This document shows, piece by piece, positions 24,831 to 38,225 of a stretch of DNA of 64,000 bases (position 1 is the stretch's first letter; each line of letters begins with the position of its first letter). A program made the position numbers and the translations under genes. Under the pieces are notes generated by a model. It had not been told where the DNA came from and searched no databases. It saw only the letters and a list, made by a program, of their open reading frames with translations. The stretch is from Cetorhinus maximus (lineage: Eukaryota). The stretch lies in contig NC_135888.1 of NCBI RefSeq assembly GCF_964194155.1, positions 133,424,001 through 133,488,000 of the forward strand. Reading direction: 5' to 3'.

Positions 24831-25734
24831 GTACTTTCAACAGCAGTGCCATTGTGTCACAGTAAAATATAACCAGATATTTAAATCTCAGTCCAAAACA
24901 TGACAGGGAAGTTTGCCAGCACATTTTTCTAAAGTTTTGAAGGCATTATGGCATTTTCTCCATTGGGAAAAGTACTGTAATGCATGTCAACACTTACATA
25001 GTGTTGGTCTATGTAATGGTCAGCTTATTTTTTGCAACAGAGCCCTGTGGTAAATCACTGCATTAAAAGCACATCTACTTTACAATGCAGCGTCTTATAA
25101 TGACATTTGAAGGTATCAAACCATTTAACACTTACCTGTCAGAATATTCCCGACTCCTCAGTCAGCTCGCCCCAGAGGTCACGATCTCTCAAACCTGGCA
25201 GGCTTTGGGCTTCCAAAACCCACACCAATGCATGAAGATAGTGTGGGGAAGGAAGTTCTAATTTCCTATCGTCATCAAAAATAACAACGCCAACCTCAAA
25301 AGAGGCGCGTGCAGGGTTCGCATTCGAGGCCTTCCCTTCCCGACCCTCGGAAAGGCCACACCAAAGTAGCAGGTGGCCAGGAAGGTGCCGCAAATTGGTA
25401 CTTGTAGCCAAAAATCCTAAATCTTTTACTTTGCCGACCCCATTCCCTCCTCCATTAGGAGGTGAAAAGCCGGTCCCTTTTCTGCCATCTCAGGCGAACG
25501 TAAACGATCCCATGGCACTATTCAAAGGAGAGCAGGGGCGTTCTCCCTAGCGTCCTGGCCTCAATCCATCTCAGTAAAAATAGATGACCCTGTTATGTAT
25601 CTTAGCGCTGCGTATGAGATCCTGATGTCTGCAAAATGGGCACAGACCCAACCTGTCCAACCTTTCCTCATAAGATAATACAATGGAGTTTAATAATTAC
25701 TCCTCAAAGCTTACACCTCTTACACTGCCAAAGT

Positions 25735-25995
25735 CATAAACACGCTGGGTTTAGGAGCAGGAACAAGCCATTCAGCCCTTCAAGTCTGCTCCGCCATTCA
25801 ATAAAATCATGGCTGATCTGGCTGTGGTCTCAACTCCACTTTCCTGTCTGCACCCCCCATAACACTATCAAAAATCTGCCTAACTCAGCCTTGAATAAGT
25901 TCAATGACTCTCAGCCTCCACTGCTTTCTGGGGAACAGGATTCCGGGTAATAATGACCCCTTGAGAGAGAAAACTTTCTCCTCAACTCCATCTTA
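25735..25995 (-). mobile_element. CR1 3' end
   Basis: ggagcagga..gccattcagcccttcaagtctgctccgccattcaat..catggctgatc. Confidence 0.75.
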
Positions 25996-26129
25996 AGTAC
26001 CTCAAGTACTAAATTTACCAAATAACTGATTGCAAGGTCCTTTGCTAGTATCTGGATTTCCACCAGACAGGTGGTAAAGAGCTGGAGCTGGGTCTGTTTC
26101 AGCATCTGAAACTGAGCTACAGGGAGACA

Positions 26130-26640
26130 TGGGGGAGTGAGTGGGGGGGCATGGGTAGCCATAGGGCTATTGGGGCCAATGGGTGGTTGGGGAGGCATGG
26201 GTTAGCATAGGGATTTTGAGGCCAGGAGGGCAGGGTAGGGGGCATGGGTTGACATGGGAGTGTGAGGGCCCAGGGTGGGTAGGGGGGCATGCATTGGCAT
26301 AGGGGCAGTGGGGCCATGGGTGGTGGATGGGGGGCATGAGTTGGCATAGGGATTTTGGGGCCGAGAGGGCAGAGTGGGGGGCGTGGGTTAGCAAGGAGGT
26401 GTGAGGACCCAGGGTGGGTGGGGGGCATGCATTGGCATAGGTGATGTGAGGGGCCATGGGGGTGGGTGGGAACATGCATTGGCACAGGGATAGGGAGCCT
26501 TGGGGGGGTGGGGGGGGGGGGCATGGGTTGGCAAAGGGATAGGGAGCCTTGGGGGGGGGGCATGGGTTGGCAAAGGTTGCTATGGATGGGGCATAGGTAG
26601 TGTGTATCATGGGGAGGGTGGATGAGGGCTGGAGGGATGT
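26130..26640. repeat. G-rich degenerate tandem repeat (ggcatgg/ttggcata motifs), probably internal to a non-autonomous DNA element spanning ~26040-27430
   Basis: Recurrent gggggcatgggttggcataggg units; a related tract lies at 49600-49880. Confidence 0.7.
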
Positions 26641-27432
26641 TTTTTGTTTTATTATTATTTTTTATTTATTACAAGACTGTGCCGGAGGACAGAGGCAGAC
26701 TTTGCAGCTGGCGTCTCCGGACCCGGCAGCTTCCGCATTCATTCCAGGGTCTTTCAACCTTCCCTCACCACCCCCCACCCCCCGAACCACCGACCAAAAG
26801 TCCCACCTGCAGGTGGCCATTTTTAAAAGTCGGGTGTGCCAAGGCAGGTAATCTCCTGACTCGGCGAGTCTAACTGGCATGAAGACGGGTTCCTATCCCA
26901 AGTAGAGCTGCTGAGGGCAGCAATGAAGGTGGGTTTCAGACACCCAAGGCAGCAATCGCCGAAGTTGCTGCTTGTCCCGTGGGAGGGAAAGGCCCAGGTT
27001 TTCATCCCGTGCTGGATTCGCGCAGTCCGGAGATTCGTGAGCGTGCGGCGTCCGTCTCCAGCTGCAGCCTTCCTGCCGCTCAAGTGAAGTCCAAACAACC
27101 GTGCCAACACCTTCGACGCTCACCTGATGCCAGGAGGCAACCCTCTGAACGGTCAACGTCCTTAATGTTGGCTCACCTGCGGGTCTGGGATGAGCTGCTA
27201 CAACTTCAACTTCAAAGAGGTAACTTTTTGAAGCTATGAAAAGCTTGAACGCTTAAAACCTTTCTCTCCTCCTCAACTCATCACTGACTTGGTCCTTGCC
27301 TGCCTTCCGCTGGCCTGAGTGGACAGCCACTGAATGCCAACCACCCCCAGGACGATTCTAAACAGTTGCAGATCTCCGCTTTCAACAAGCCCTTAATGAC
27401 ATCAATTGGCCTGTTTAGCAGTACAGCTGAGT

Positions 27433-28120
27433 TTGGCATTACCATCACTGAATCCCCCACTATCAACATCCTGGGGGTTGCCATTGATCAGAGACTGAAC
27501 TGGACTAGCCATATAAATACTGTGGCCACAAGAGCATCTCAGAGGCTGGGAATCCTGCAGCAAATAACTCACCTCCTCGCTCCCCAAAGCCTGTCCACTA
27601 TCTACAAGGCACAATCAGGAGTGTGATGGAATATTCCCCACTTGCCTGGATGAGTGCAGCTCCAACAACACTCAAGAAGCTAAACACCATCCAGGACAAA
27701 GCAGCCAGCTTGATTGGCATCCCTTCCACAAACATTCACTCCCTCACCACCGACACACAGTAGCGGCAGTGTGTACCACTTACAAGATGCACTGCAGGAA
27801 TTCATCAAGGCTCCTTAGATAGCACCTTCCAAACCCACAACCACTACCATCTAGAAGGACAAGGGCAGCAGACAGATGGGAACACCACCATCTGAAAGTT
27901 CCCCTCCAAGTCACTCACCATCCTGACTTGGAAATATATTGCCGTTCCTTCACTGTCACTGGGTTAAAATCCTGGGACTCCCTTCCTAACAGCACTGTGG
28001 GTGTACCTACACCACAGGGACTGCAGCGGTTGAAGAAGGCAGCTCACCACCAAATAAGGATGGGTAATAAATGATGGCCTAGCCAGTGACACTCACATCT
28101 CATGAGCAAATTTAAAAAAA
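27433..28120 (+). mobile_element. Family A LINE 3' end
   Basis: GITITESPTINILGVAIDQRLNWTSHIN; family tail. Confidence 0.9.
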
Positions 28121-28309
28121 TTATCAGGCTCAGCTCAGGTCTGGCCTAAACCCAGCCATCAATATCCAGCCCCTAGAGTCTTGCCAAGCCCTCCCGTGTA
28201 CTGTCGTGTCCAGTTTGCAGGTGAAATGAGCTGCAACTGTTCTCTGTAAGTGGACTGGTTATGTTTGCTGGGTTTGCTCCTGTCTGGTATAGTCCTCAAT
28301 GTTGGACAC

Positions 28310-28880
28310 ACCGACTAACATTGTTAGGACCTGAAATGCACTGCCTGAAAGGGTGGTGGAAGCAGATTCAATAGCAACTTTGAAAAGCACACTTGAAAAG
28401 GAGAAAAATGCAGGGCTATGGGGAAAGAAAGAACAGGTGTTACTGCAGGGGATGGGCAACGGAGTGGCTGGCTATAGTGGGGTCAATTGGGTAGCTCTTT
28501 CACAGAATGCTGGCAAAGCCACAATGGGCTGAATGGTCTCTTAGAAGCAGGAGGAGGCCATTCTGCCCCTCAACCTGTTCTGCCAGTCAGTCAATGAGGT
28601 CATGGCTGATCTGTATTCTAACTCTATTCTCCTGCCCTTGGTTTCATCTCCGTTCATACCCTTGGCTAGCAAAACTTTATTGATCTCGGATTTGAATTTA
28701 CCAATTGAGCTAGCATCTATCATTTTTTGGAGGGGAGAGTTCCACACTCTTACCACCCTTTGCAAGAAAAAGCATTTCCCAAATTCCCTCCTGACTGGCA
28801 CTGGCTCCGATTTTAAGGCTTTGTTTTAGACTTCAGCGCTAGCAGAAATAATTTATCCTTATCTATCGATTCCTTCCAAA
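28310..28880. mobile_element. Two tail-to-tail CR1 3' fragments (+ 28310-28540, - 28540-28880)
   Basis: FFLQRVVRVWNSPL motif; gggctgaatgg 3' UTR motif. Confidence 0.75.
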
Positions 28881-28924
28881 ATCTATGAACCTCCTTTCAT
28901 GTTGAACGATTCGATAAGCACTGT

Positions 28925-29190
28925 AAACATTTGTTAAAGAATGTCACTGACAGAGGGGGAAGGACCATTAGCAGTGAAGCTAGTGGAGTGTACTTACTCA
29001 TCTGCACAGGTAACAGAGTGAAACTCTGGAGAGAACAACACCTCTACCAATCAGAGTCCACTTGCCAACCAATCATCACCCTCTTCTCGTACAGTATAAA
29101 GTTATTGTTTCCCCTGACGTTGGTATTCTTGTGATTGTCCTGATGAGTGCAAGACAAAAAGCTTCAACAAAATGTCTCTTTTCAGCAAGA
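28925..29190 (+). mobile_element. Penelope-like pseudo-LTR with a decayed hammerhead ribozyme (29135-29170)
   Basis: Homologous to the 3' UTR of the GIY-YIG fragment at 44910-45470; CCAAT and gtataaa motifs; ttgtc-CTGATGA-gtgcaagac-AAAA-agct-tc-aacaa. Confidence 0.75.
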
Positions 29191-29514
29191 CATGAGAGCA
29201 ATCTATTGTAATTCAACCCATGACATAGTGCTTCCCACCAATGACACCCACAGTCATCCCAACAGGACTGGGAACTGGGCTCTTCAATTTCCTGAAAGGA
29301 TTTGTTCATCCCTGCCTAACCAACAGTATCAGATTGTGAATCATACCACTCAAAGCCCCACCTCTGTGCCGTTGCTCCACAGGTGATTGTGACTGAATCT
29401 AGGTGCTCGGAGTGAGGGAGGATCAGAGGCCGAGCCCCACACCCAATCATTCAAATGCAAACAAAGTTTTCTTGCGAGAGCCGTCAAATCCAGGGTGCAA
29501 AAAAGGAAAGCTTT

Positions 29515-29975
29515 TTTGTTATTCTTTCATGAGATGTGGACATTGCTGGCTAGGCCAGCATTTGTTGCCCATCCCTAATTGCCCTTGAGAAGGTGGTGGT
29601 GAGCTGCCTTCTTGAACCGCTGCAGTCCATGTGGTGTAGGTACACCCACAGTACTGTTAGGGAGGGAATTCCAGGATTTTGACCCAGCGACAGTGAAGGA
29701 ACGGCGATATATTTCCAAGTCAGGATGGTGAGTGACTTGGGGGGAACTTGCAGGTGGTGGTGTTCCCATGTATCTGCTGTCTTTGTCCGTCTAGATGGTA
29801 GAGGTCGCGGGTTTGGAAGATGCTTGCGAAGGAGCCTGGGCGAGTTGCTGCAGTGCAGCTTATAGATGGTACACGCTGCTGCTACAGTGTGTTGGCGGTG
29901 AAGAGACTGGACGGTGAAGATGGTGCATGGAGTCCTGAGAAAGTGGGCTGCTTTGTCCCAGATGGTGTCGAGCTG
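29515..29975 (-). mobile_element. Family A LINE 3' end
   Basis: Reverse complement of the family tail gctggctaggccagcattt.ttgcccatccc. Confidence 0.9.
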
Positions 29976-30074
29976 TTAAGGAATTAGGCCCCTTTCCCTT
30001 CATTTAACGACATTTCATCATCACTTTATATGTGGCAGCCCTGTAGTTACTAGGTTTATTAAACTCAATTTCAC

Positions 30075-30615
30075 AACAACAGCAAACACAATAGCTTACA
30101 TTTATATAGCACCATTGATGTAGTAAAACATCACACAAGGAGCTCCGTAGGAGTGTAAACTAGACATAATTCGAAGGAGGCTGCAGGACTGGTGACTAAA
30201 AGCTCGTCAAAAGAGGTAGGTTTTAAAGAGTGTCTGAAAGGAGGAGGAGGGGAGAGGTAGAGAGATAGAAAGGATTAGGGAGGGAGTACCGGAGTTTAGG
30301 GCCCAGGCAGCTGAAGTCATGGTTGCCAATGGTGGAGCGATTAAAATCAGGGCACACAAGCGAGAATGGGAGGAATGCAGAGGGGTCAGAGGTTTGTCAG
30401 ACTGGAGGAGGATACAGAGATAGGGAGGGGTGAGCTCATGGAGGGATTTGAACATGTGGGTGAGAATTTGAAAATTAAGATGTTGCCAGGCTGGGAGTCA
30501 ATGTAAGTCAATGAGCACAGGTGTGATAGGGGAAAAGGCAACAAAGTCTTGGATGAGCTCAAGTTTACAGAAGGTGAAGGATGCGAGTCTAGCCAGGAGA
30601 GTATTGGGATAGTCA
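30075..30615 (-). mobile_element. L2 LINE 3' end
   Basis: catttatatagcacc..gtcaaaagaggtaggttttaaa..gagtctagccaggagagtattggg. Confidence 0.8.
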
Positions 30616-31299
30616 CTGCTGTTGCCATGGTGGGACATGAAAGATGAACATTGCACTACTAAACCACTTTGTTTCAGGATTGATATTGAATTCAGGGAGG
30701 CAAAAGATCACTCATCTATCCCTTGCAGCTATTCAATAAGCAGGATGACTTCTCCAGCACAGCACTCCTGGACAAACACAGGCCCCCTGACAACACCTGA
30801 GCCTGAGGGAAGCCCAGTGTGATTAAAGTTTCCAGTTTTATTTTGAGTATTATTAATTTTAGTTACAACAGCACAAAAGAAGATAATCCCCAGCATTGGG
30901 TTTAAAAGGATAATCACCTAAAGATAATAACACAGGAGAAAGTCACAGAAACAATTCAAAGAAGCAATTCATATGTTTCCATTCCTCACTCATCCTTCCC
31001 CTTAATAACTTAGTCAAATTCTTTCAGCCTGACCATAGGCACACCCTTTCAGGAAATACAAATTATCACCAAATGACAGCAAGTTTTATATTTGCTCAGC
31101 CAGCGATGTTGACTTAGCTTCATTTAGCTAAGCATCAAAGTAGCTATGGGTTATTTATATGTTTAGTCGTTATGCGCTGTGCCTCAAGGGAAGGATTAAT
31201 CCAATTCACTGCCTGGTGATTTTCCACTTTATTCTAGCTGCCTGCACGAGAACCATATGAGCCAGCAGCACCCAGTTATACTGTCAGCAGTGGTCTCAA

Positions 31300-32460
31300 C
31301 CGTTCCATCACCTACAAGGCACAAGTCAGGGGTGTGATGGAATGCTCCCCACTTGCCTGGATGAGTGCAGCTCCAACAGCACTCAAGAAGCTTGACACCT
31401 TCCAGCCCGCTTGATTGGCCCATCCATCCACCACCTTAAATGTTCACTCCCTCCACCGCTGATGGACAGTGGCAGCAGTGTGTACCACCTACAAAATGCA
31501 CTGCAGCCACTCACCAAGGCTCTTTAGAGAGCACCTTCCATCTAGAAGGTCAAAGGCAGCCGATTCATGGGAACATCACCCTCTGCCATCTTGATTTGGA
31601 ACCGTATCGCCGTTACTTCATTGTTATTTGGTCAAAATCCTGGAACTCCCCGCCCCCCCCAACAGCACTGTGGGTGTGCCTACACCACATGGACTGCAGT
31701 GGTTCAAGAAGGCAGCTCACCAGCCACCTTCTCAAGGGCAATTAGGGATGGGCAATAAATTCGAGCGATTTTCACATCCTCATGGATAAATAAGTGAAAG
31801 AAAAACAATGACAAAGGACAACACTGCATGTTTCAAATATTAATCTGCAATATTGGTCTGGTCTGAACAGAGATAGGAACAGGAGCACACCTTTCAGCCC
31901 TTCCAACCAGTCCTGGTTAATTAGATCCTGGCTAATCTGTAGCCCGGTCCCATTTGCCTGCCTATGTTGTATATCTCTCTCTGCTTTACTCAGATGGAAA
32001 AGTGAGGTTTCTCACTGGGATCCCTACACTTTCACGTGGGTTCCAACATCATTTAAATTCATTTACGGGGTGTGGGCATCGCTGGCTAGGCCAGCATTTA
32101 TTACCCATCCCTAATTGCCCTTGAGAAGCTGGTGGTGAGCTGCCTTCTTGAACCGCTGCAGTCCATGTGGTGTAGGTACACCCACAGTGCTGTTAGGCAG
32201 GGAGTTCCAGGATTTTAACCCAGTGACAGTGAAGGAACTCAGGATGGTGAGTGGGCTTGGAGGGGAACTTCCAGGTGGTGGTGTTCCCATCTTTCTGCTG
32301 CCCTTGTCTTTCTAGATGGTAACGGTCATGGGCTTGGAAGGTGCTGCCTAAGGGAGCCTTGATGAGTTCCTGCAGTGCATCTTGTAAATGGTACAGGCTG
32401 CTGCTACTGTGCATCGGCGGTGGAGGGAGTGAATGTTTGTGGATGGGGTGCCAATCAATT
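31300..32460. mobile_element. Two family A LINE 3' ends in inverted orientation (+ 31300-31795, - 32055-32460)
   Basis: Both are homologous to 1070-1550. Confidence 0.85.
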
Positions 32461-32519
32461 GAGTTGTATGGTGTTGTCAAAGCTCTATAAATGATTCCAT
32501 CTTTCTAAAGAAAATGTGC

Positions 32520-32800
32520 CAGTGAATCAGTGTGTAGCATTTCCATACCTCTGAACCAGAAGGTTGCGCATTCAGAGACATGTATATAAGCTAGTCTGAG
32601 ACCCCCAGTGCAGTGCTGAGCGAGTGCTACACTGTCAGCGGTGCCCTCTTTTGGATGAAAGGTTAAACCCAGGCCCTTTTGGGCCTCACAGGTGGATATA
32701 AAAGATCCTGTGGTACTCTTTAGAAAGGAGTTTTCCCCTGTGCCCTGGCCAATATTTATCCCTCAACTACTATCACAAAAACAAACTATCTGGTCATTTT
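32520..32800 (+). mobile_element. Deu-domain SINE, 5' part
   Basis: tRNA-like head, then ccagtgcagtgctgag..aaaagatcctgtgg..ctggccaatatttatccctcaac. Confidence 0.75.
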
Positions 32801-32934
32801 GTACTCCTGCTCTTATTTCTGTTCAAGCTGAGACTGAAGGTTCAAAATGATCATTGGAGTACCTTTTGAAGTGTAATCACTGTGATAACGATGCGATATT
32901 TAGTGAATGTTAATTGAGGGATTGGCTGGGGCAC

Positions 32935-35900
32935 TGTTAAGTTCCAATGGTTGTTTAGAAATGAAGACTAAAATCAAGGCAGACTCCTTCTGACACAATT
33001 TCATTGCTCGTCGTAAAACTCTCCACAGACAGAACTAGTCGCAGCCTTTATCCTTTTTATACAACCAAATGGTTACTTCGTTAAGCAACCTAATAATTAA
33101 CAACTGAACTTCTTTTACTGTTTCCTTCCCTAACAGATTCCCGAAAGTAACCCTTAAGTTTATATAAATCACACACAAAAAATAATGGTAATAACAAACA
33201 TCAATATATATTTTTTCATTTAATAAATTGACCTTATTCCCCTCCTTAAAAAAAAAACACATGTATAGATATCTCCACTCAAAGGAATTATTTTTTCTTA
33301 AAGAAAAAGACTCTTTGGGGATCTCTAGTAACTTCTTGGAGCTCACTCTCCCTTTGGTGAAGCAGTCGAATAATTGGTATCTGCTATCAATCCATTTGAT
33401 CTGGGCAATCTCCTTATTCTCGAGTATCTGTTTTAAGCTTGCGATGTCAATTCGCAATCTCTTCTCATTAACGGCATTTCTTGGAGTGAACATTTTCCCC
33501 AAAGTGACTTATTAGCTGTAAGACATTCGATAGGTACTGAAATACCCTTTTCCATTTAACACTTCTGCCAGTTTCTTTGATATAAAGAATGCCATACCTA
33601 CCGCCACGACCAGGGCAAGAGTCTCCACTGCTAACGTACTTATTACAAATCTTCGTATCTTTTTAGGTTCCTATGCCAAAGGGCAGCATTTGCCTTCCCC
33701 CCCCATGAGAATTATTTTAAACCCTCACGTGCTCAAAAATCCATCACAAATTTGCATAAGACGCATCACTGAACAGTTTCTCTTTTTTAAAAACATCACC
33801 CAAACATGAGAATATCGAAACACATCGACAGAATTAAAAATGGATCAATGTTTGTTTGCCCGAATTATTTCTTCATCCTTGGGATCATTCATTCATTTTA
33901 GCGCTTAATTCCAAAATGTCAAAACTGATATCTGGCCTTGTTTGTTTGCTTAGCCAATTGAACTGCCCAATTAGACTCGCGTTTTCTGTTTCAGAAGCCG
34001 CAGTATCTTTCTGGGAGGCCCTACCATGACTAATTGCAATGTGATTGAGATTCTCTAAATAGGATTGTTGATGTAAAAGGACAAAGGACATCTTTCGATC
34101 GAATATACTTAAATGCACCAGAAGCCCAACTTCCAATTTTAAACTCCGTTCTGAGCCCATTAATGACAACTGTTTCAAATTCACTACTACCACCCCACAC
34201 AAAAAAATTCATCCAAATGCATCATAAAGATACCTGCAAGTTTCCCCTCCATGGTGCCAATAAAACTTTGCTTCCAACTGAAGACAGCCCAACTTTAACA
34301 AAACTGGCCTCTGAGAAATACCAAACTCTGGAGGCATAATTGATACCATATACGCATTTATTTGGCTTTCAGAGTGTCCCTTCTGCATTTGGCACCTCAT
34401 TTGGTGGATGGAGAAAACCTTCCCTTTGAAGTTGGTGTCCCTGCAAAAAAAAAACGCAGTTTTAATATCAATGGATTTACATTCCCAAGCATTTGTAGCG
34501 AATAGAGCCAAAAAGATCTTCAGTATAACTTTCCCTGCCGTAGGTGAATCTACTCTTATATCCCGGTCACCCAAATTTTCTTCAAACCCTTGTGCCAATA
34601 GCCTAGCTTTACAAGTTCCATCAGGAAGCACCTTTTCTGTGCATATCCATCTATGAGGCAGAGCTGGTTGTCCCCTCTCTGGCACCTCTGTGCATACCCC
34701 AAATTCTTTCCAACTACATAGTTCTTGCTGTTTGGCATCCTTTATTAATTTATCATCTACTTTGTTTGAAGCTACTAAGTCTTCACGATCACATGGGCTT
34801 CTGTTCCTTGTAGAGTTACAAGGCTATGCCATATTCCTTGACCTTGTTAAGCTACACCCTCTATCACGCTCTAGACTGTTACTGTTTGATCTCCCTCTCC
34901 CATTTATAGATGTTCTCTCAACAGTTCACGATCTCTTCTAAGGGGCATGTTCACTCCCAGACCCACTGCCGGAACTGATACTGCCTTTCCGTGGCTTCCA
35001 TTTTTGTACTTCATGTTTCCAATCCATAGGCCTAACCTCCTGTCCTTGATCTTGTACATTTAACCAGTTTTTATATTTTCTAGTGGCCTTCCCTGCTCTA
35101 CCTACAATCGTCACAACCCGCCATTGACCGACCCCTTCTGGCAATAGGTAACTTTAGTGCCGGCTTTCTGCAGTTGTCCTCTGGGACAAATCGCCTCATC
35201 TTCATCCGAATTGCTGTCTCCACCTTTAGCTATCCTGTCAACTTCAGCTACCTGGTCCTCCCAAATCATGCAACACATGGGTATGAGAAGCACATGGTTT
35301 CCCGTCCCTACCTACAACACTTTCTGAACCTGCAAATCTGTAGTCCACGCCAACTAACTTTGATGAGTGTACCTGAGTAGCCTGGTTCCCATGTTGCAAA
35401 ATGACTGTTTTACCATCTTTACCTATAACTTTTCCCAGGCCTTTACACTCATTAAGTCCTTCTCTTTTATAGTATACCATGTCTCCCGAATCAAAATAGT
35501 TTCCGATGGATGTACATGGTCTTAGAGCTCACCGAATTCTTTGAAACTTCAGCTTTAAGGAATGCTCTTCTACCTGCATGTAGTGCGTTTAAATGCACAG
35601 AAAAGGTGGAGCTAATCGTTGTTCCCTCCCAAGCTGGGGGCGTGATCACTTAGGGCTGAAGGAATTTTTGGGTTTCTCCCAAAAACCAACTGATATGAAC
35701 TATAGCCCCCAACCATCTGCAGTGAATTCTTGGCATGAACAGCCCATGCTAGAGCTGATATTAATTTACAGCTTGGTCTATCCGCCACTATTTTATGAAG
35801 CATCTCATCTATAACCACGTGATCCCTTTCATGCACTCTGTTCATAAAGGGGCTTTCAGCTGCGTTATTCATAACTATTATATTCATTTTTTAACACATA

Positions 35901-38045
35901 TCCTTGGAACTCATCATTAGCAAATTTCCCACCCACCCCCATTATCAGTGAGGAATTTCACTGGTGGTCCCAATCCGGTCCCTATCCACTTCTCCATTAC
36001 CTGATCCACAATTATTTTCTTTTCTATATATGATTGTCGACTGGCTAAACCTTGTTGCCAAATCTATGAAATGTAATATAAAAATGTTCTTTTCTTCATC
36101 CCACATCTTTAAATCCATCGCCATAACTTCACTGAAATCCCTCGCTAAAGGTAGACTCACTATTGGCCGTGACGGTGTCCTTCTGTATTTCTTACATAGA
36201 TCACATCGATTGTTTATCTCCTCTACAAGTTTCATGTACTCTCCATCCCTTAGCAACATTTTTAATCTTTGTGAAGGGTGGGAAAACTGCCAATGCAATT
36301 TTAAAACAATTTGCTTTTTGTCTTCCAAAATTCCTATCTCCTGATGCTAAAGACACTTCTTTAATCTCCTGAGTAGAAAAATTAGGTTTCATTAGAGGAA
36401 TGCAGTAGTGTCCAGATTGCGTAAATTGTTAATCCACAGGTTTTCCAAATACAATGGCCTCGTCATTTTCCATGTCCAGCTTCATTTGCGCTTTCTTCAT
36501 CGATGATCTGTCTGCTCAACAGTAACGGTATTTCACTAGACACTACATCTGTGCTGGAGTCAATCATTTCCTCAGACATCTCACAGGGAATCACTACCCT
36601 TTTTAAAGATTTTAGGGTATTATCATGTCCAATTCTAAAACGGGTGGAACTCTCAAATCCTTTAACTTTATTCCGGTCCTTGTCATATAAGGAGTCCAGG
36701 TGGCATTTTAGCCAGTCTATTCCACAGACTGTAAACATGCATCCGTTATCTAGCGCTGCACAGTCGAAGGACTCTGCCACCAAGACATTCATCACCGGGC
36801 TGAAACTTTTTCCAACTAATACAACGCCCTCTCTTTGGTCAATATCTCCATCTCCTGAGTCTTCTGTCTCATGTTTAACTTCGAACACATTATATCATTT
36901 AAGACAGTTCAGTGCATAATGGTATTTCGAATCGCATCTAAAACACCGATTGACCACACCCTGGGCGTTTCTGGGTTCATTCTTTTGCTGTAAATCCTTA
37001 ATTCTTTTCTCCTGTCATAACTGTCCAAGGTATTTCTGTCCCCATTGTTTCTAGTTACAAATCTCCTTTCGTACTGACGCCTGCGCCCTGTTTCTAAACG
37101 ATCTCGCTGTCCCGTTAACATTGTATCCTCCATTTTCTGTCTTACCACCAAATAGCTCATTTGCACCATGAACGCTGCCGGAAGGGAATGTTTTCCGAGG
37201 AATTTTTAAAAAAAAAATAGCTTCTGGCATTTGTTCTAGTGGCTTATGTCCTTCTGCAAACTTAACTCCCATCAGAACTAGAAGCTTGTCCATATTCGAC
37301 ACTTTGGCACAGTCTGGTAACTTGAACGCCAGCACCGATTGGGGAATTTCTAGACAGAACTTTTGCAATCTTGCTTATAGTTTACTGAATTCCATTATGT
37401 TATGTTCTATGGAACTTTCTAAGTTTGTCAAAATTAGGTCATGCTTTGTAAGCATAATACTCAATAAATCATCTTTTTGATAGATCTCATCCGTAAAACC
37501 TAATAACCATTCCAAACTTTCATCCATGTCCAAATGCTCAGGCTCCAACTCCAAAAATACTTTGCATCTTATTTTGCTTTTGTATGGTAACGGAAGTGCC
37601 AAGGCCATTCCCTGCTTTCTCTTTGGCAAGGATGTACCCGGTGTCCACATAGTTACTTCATTTCTCATTGGGTTCACTCTCAGAAAACATCAGTGGGTAA
37701 TCATACCCCGAAACTCTACATTTTCATTCAGCCATTCTCCTTTTTTTTGTTCCAAACCACTCTGCTCTTGAAATTAACTCCAAATACAAATTTTTGTCCA
37801 AAGAAAGCTTAGTTTCCAATCTTTTACTTACAAGCAGCAGCCATTCTCTGCTACCACTGATAAGGTCCAATGTTTGCTTAGAAATGAAGGACCAAAACAA
37901 AGACAGAGTTTTATGGCTCGTCAGAAAACTCTCCACCAACAGCACTAGTCTCAGTTGTTATCCCTTTTATACAATCAAATGGGTTCTTAGTTAAACAACC
38001 TAATAATTAGTAATTGAACTTCTTTAACTGTTTCCTTCCCTAACA
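32935..38045 (-). mobile_element. Copia-superfamily LTR retrotransposon, GalEa-like, near-complete but frameshifted
   Basis: LTRs 32935-33135 and 37858-38045 (TG..CA); PBS; order gag - Zn knuckle CFRCDSKYHYALNC - protease AALDNGC - integrase (KLHWQFSHP..CDLC..AMDL) - RT (KARLLAQGFEE, IDIKTAF, TRPDI) - RNase H (EKRLRIDIASLKQ, QLFDCFTK). Confidence 0.93.
37839..37856 (-). promoter_or_regulatory. Primer binding site, initiator tRNA-Met
   Basis: TGGTAGCAGAGAATGGCT versus the vertebrate tRNA-iMet complement TGGTAGCAGAGGATGGTT (16/18), 1 nt from the LTR. Confidence 0.9.
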
Positions 38046-38225
38046 CACTGCGGAGATCTCAACTGGTCTTCAAAATAGCACCTTCATGTCCATCTGAGAG
38101 GGCGATGGGTCTTGGCTAATGCTTCATCCGAAAGACACCACCTCTTACAGTGCAGAATTCCCTCAGGCTGGCACTGGGAGGGGCGGTAGGCCTGTATTAT
38201 GGGCTTCAGCATCTGGAGTTGAATC
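38046..38225 (-). mobile_element. 5' half of the Deu-domain SINE split by the Copia insertion (3' half at ~32855-32934)
   Basis: Joining the flanks gives ttggctggggcac+tgcggagatctc..cttcaaaatagc..gtccatctgagagggc, colinear with other SINE copies. Confidence 0.7.

Noticed and set aside
26117-26610. Proline-rich ORFs (also 41513-42332 and 61479-61773)
   Set aside because: Translations of G/C-rich low-complexity repeats.
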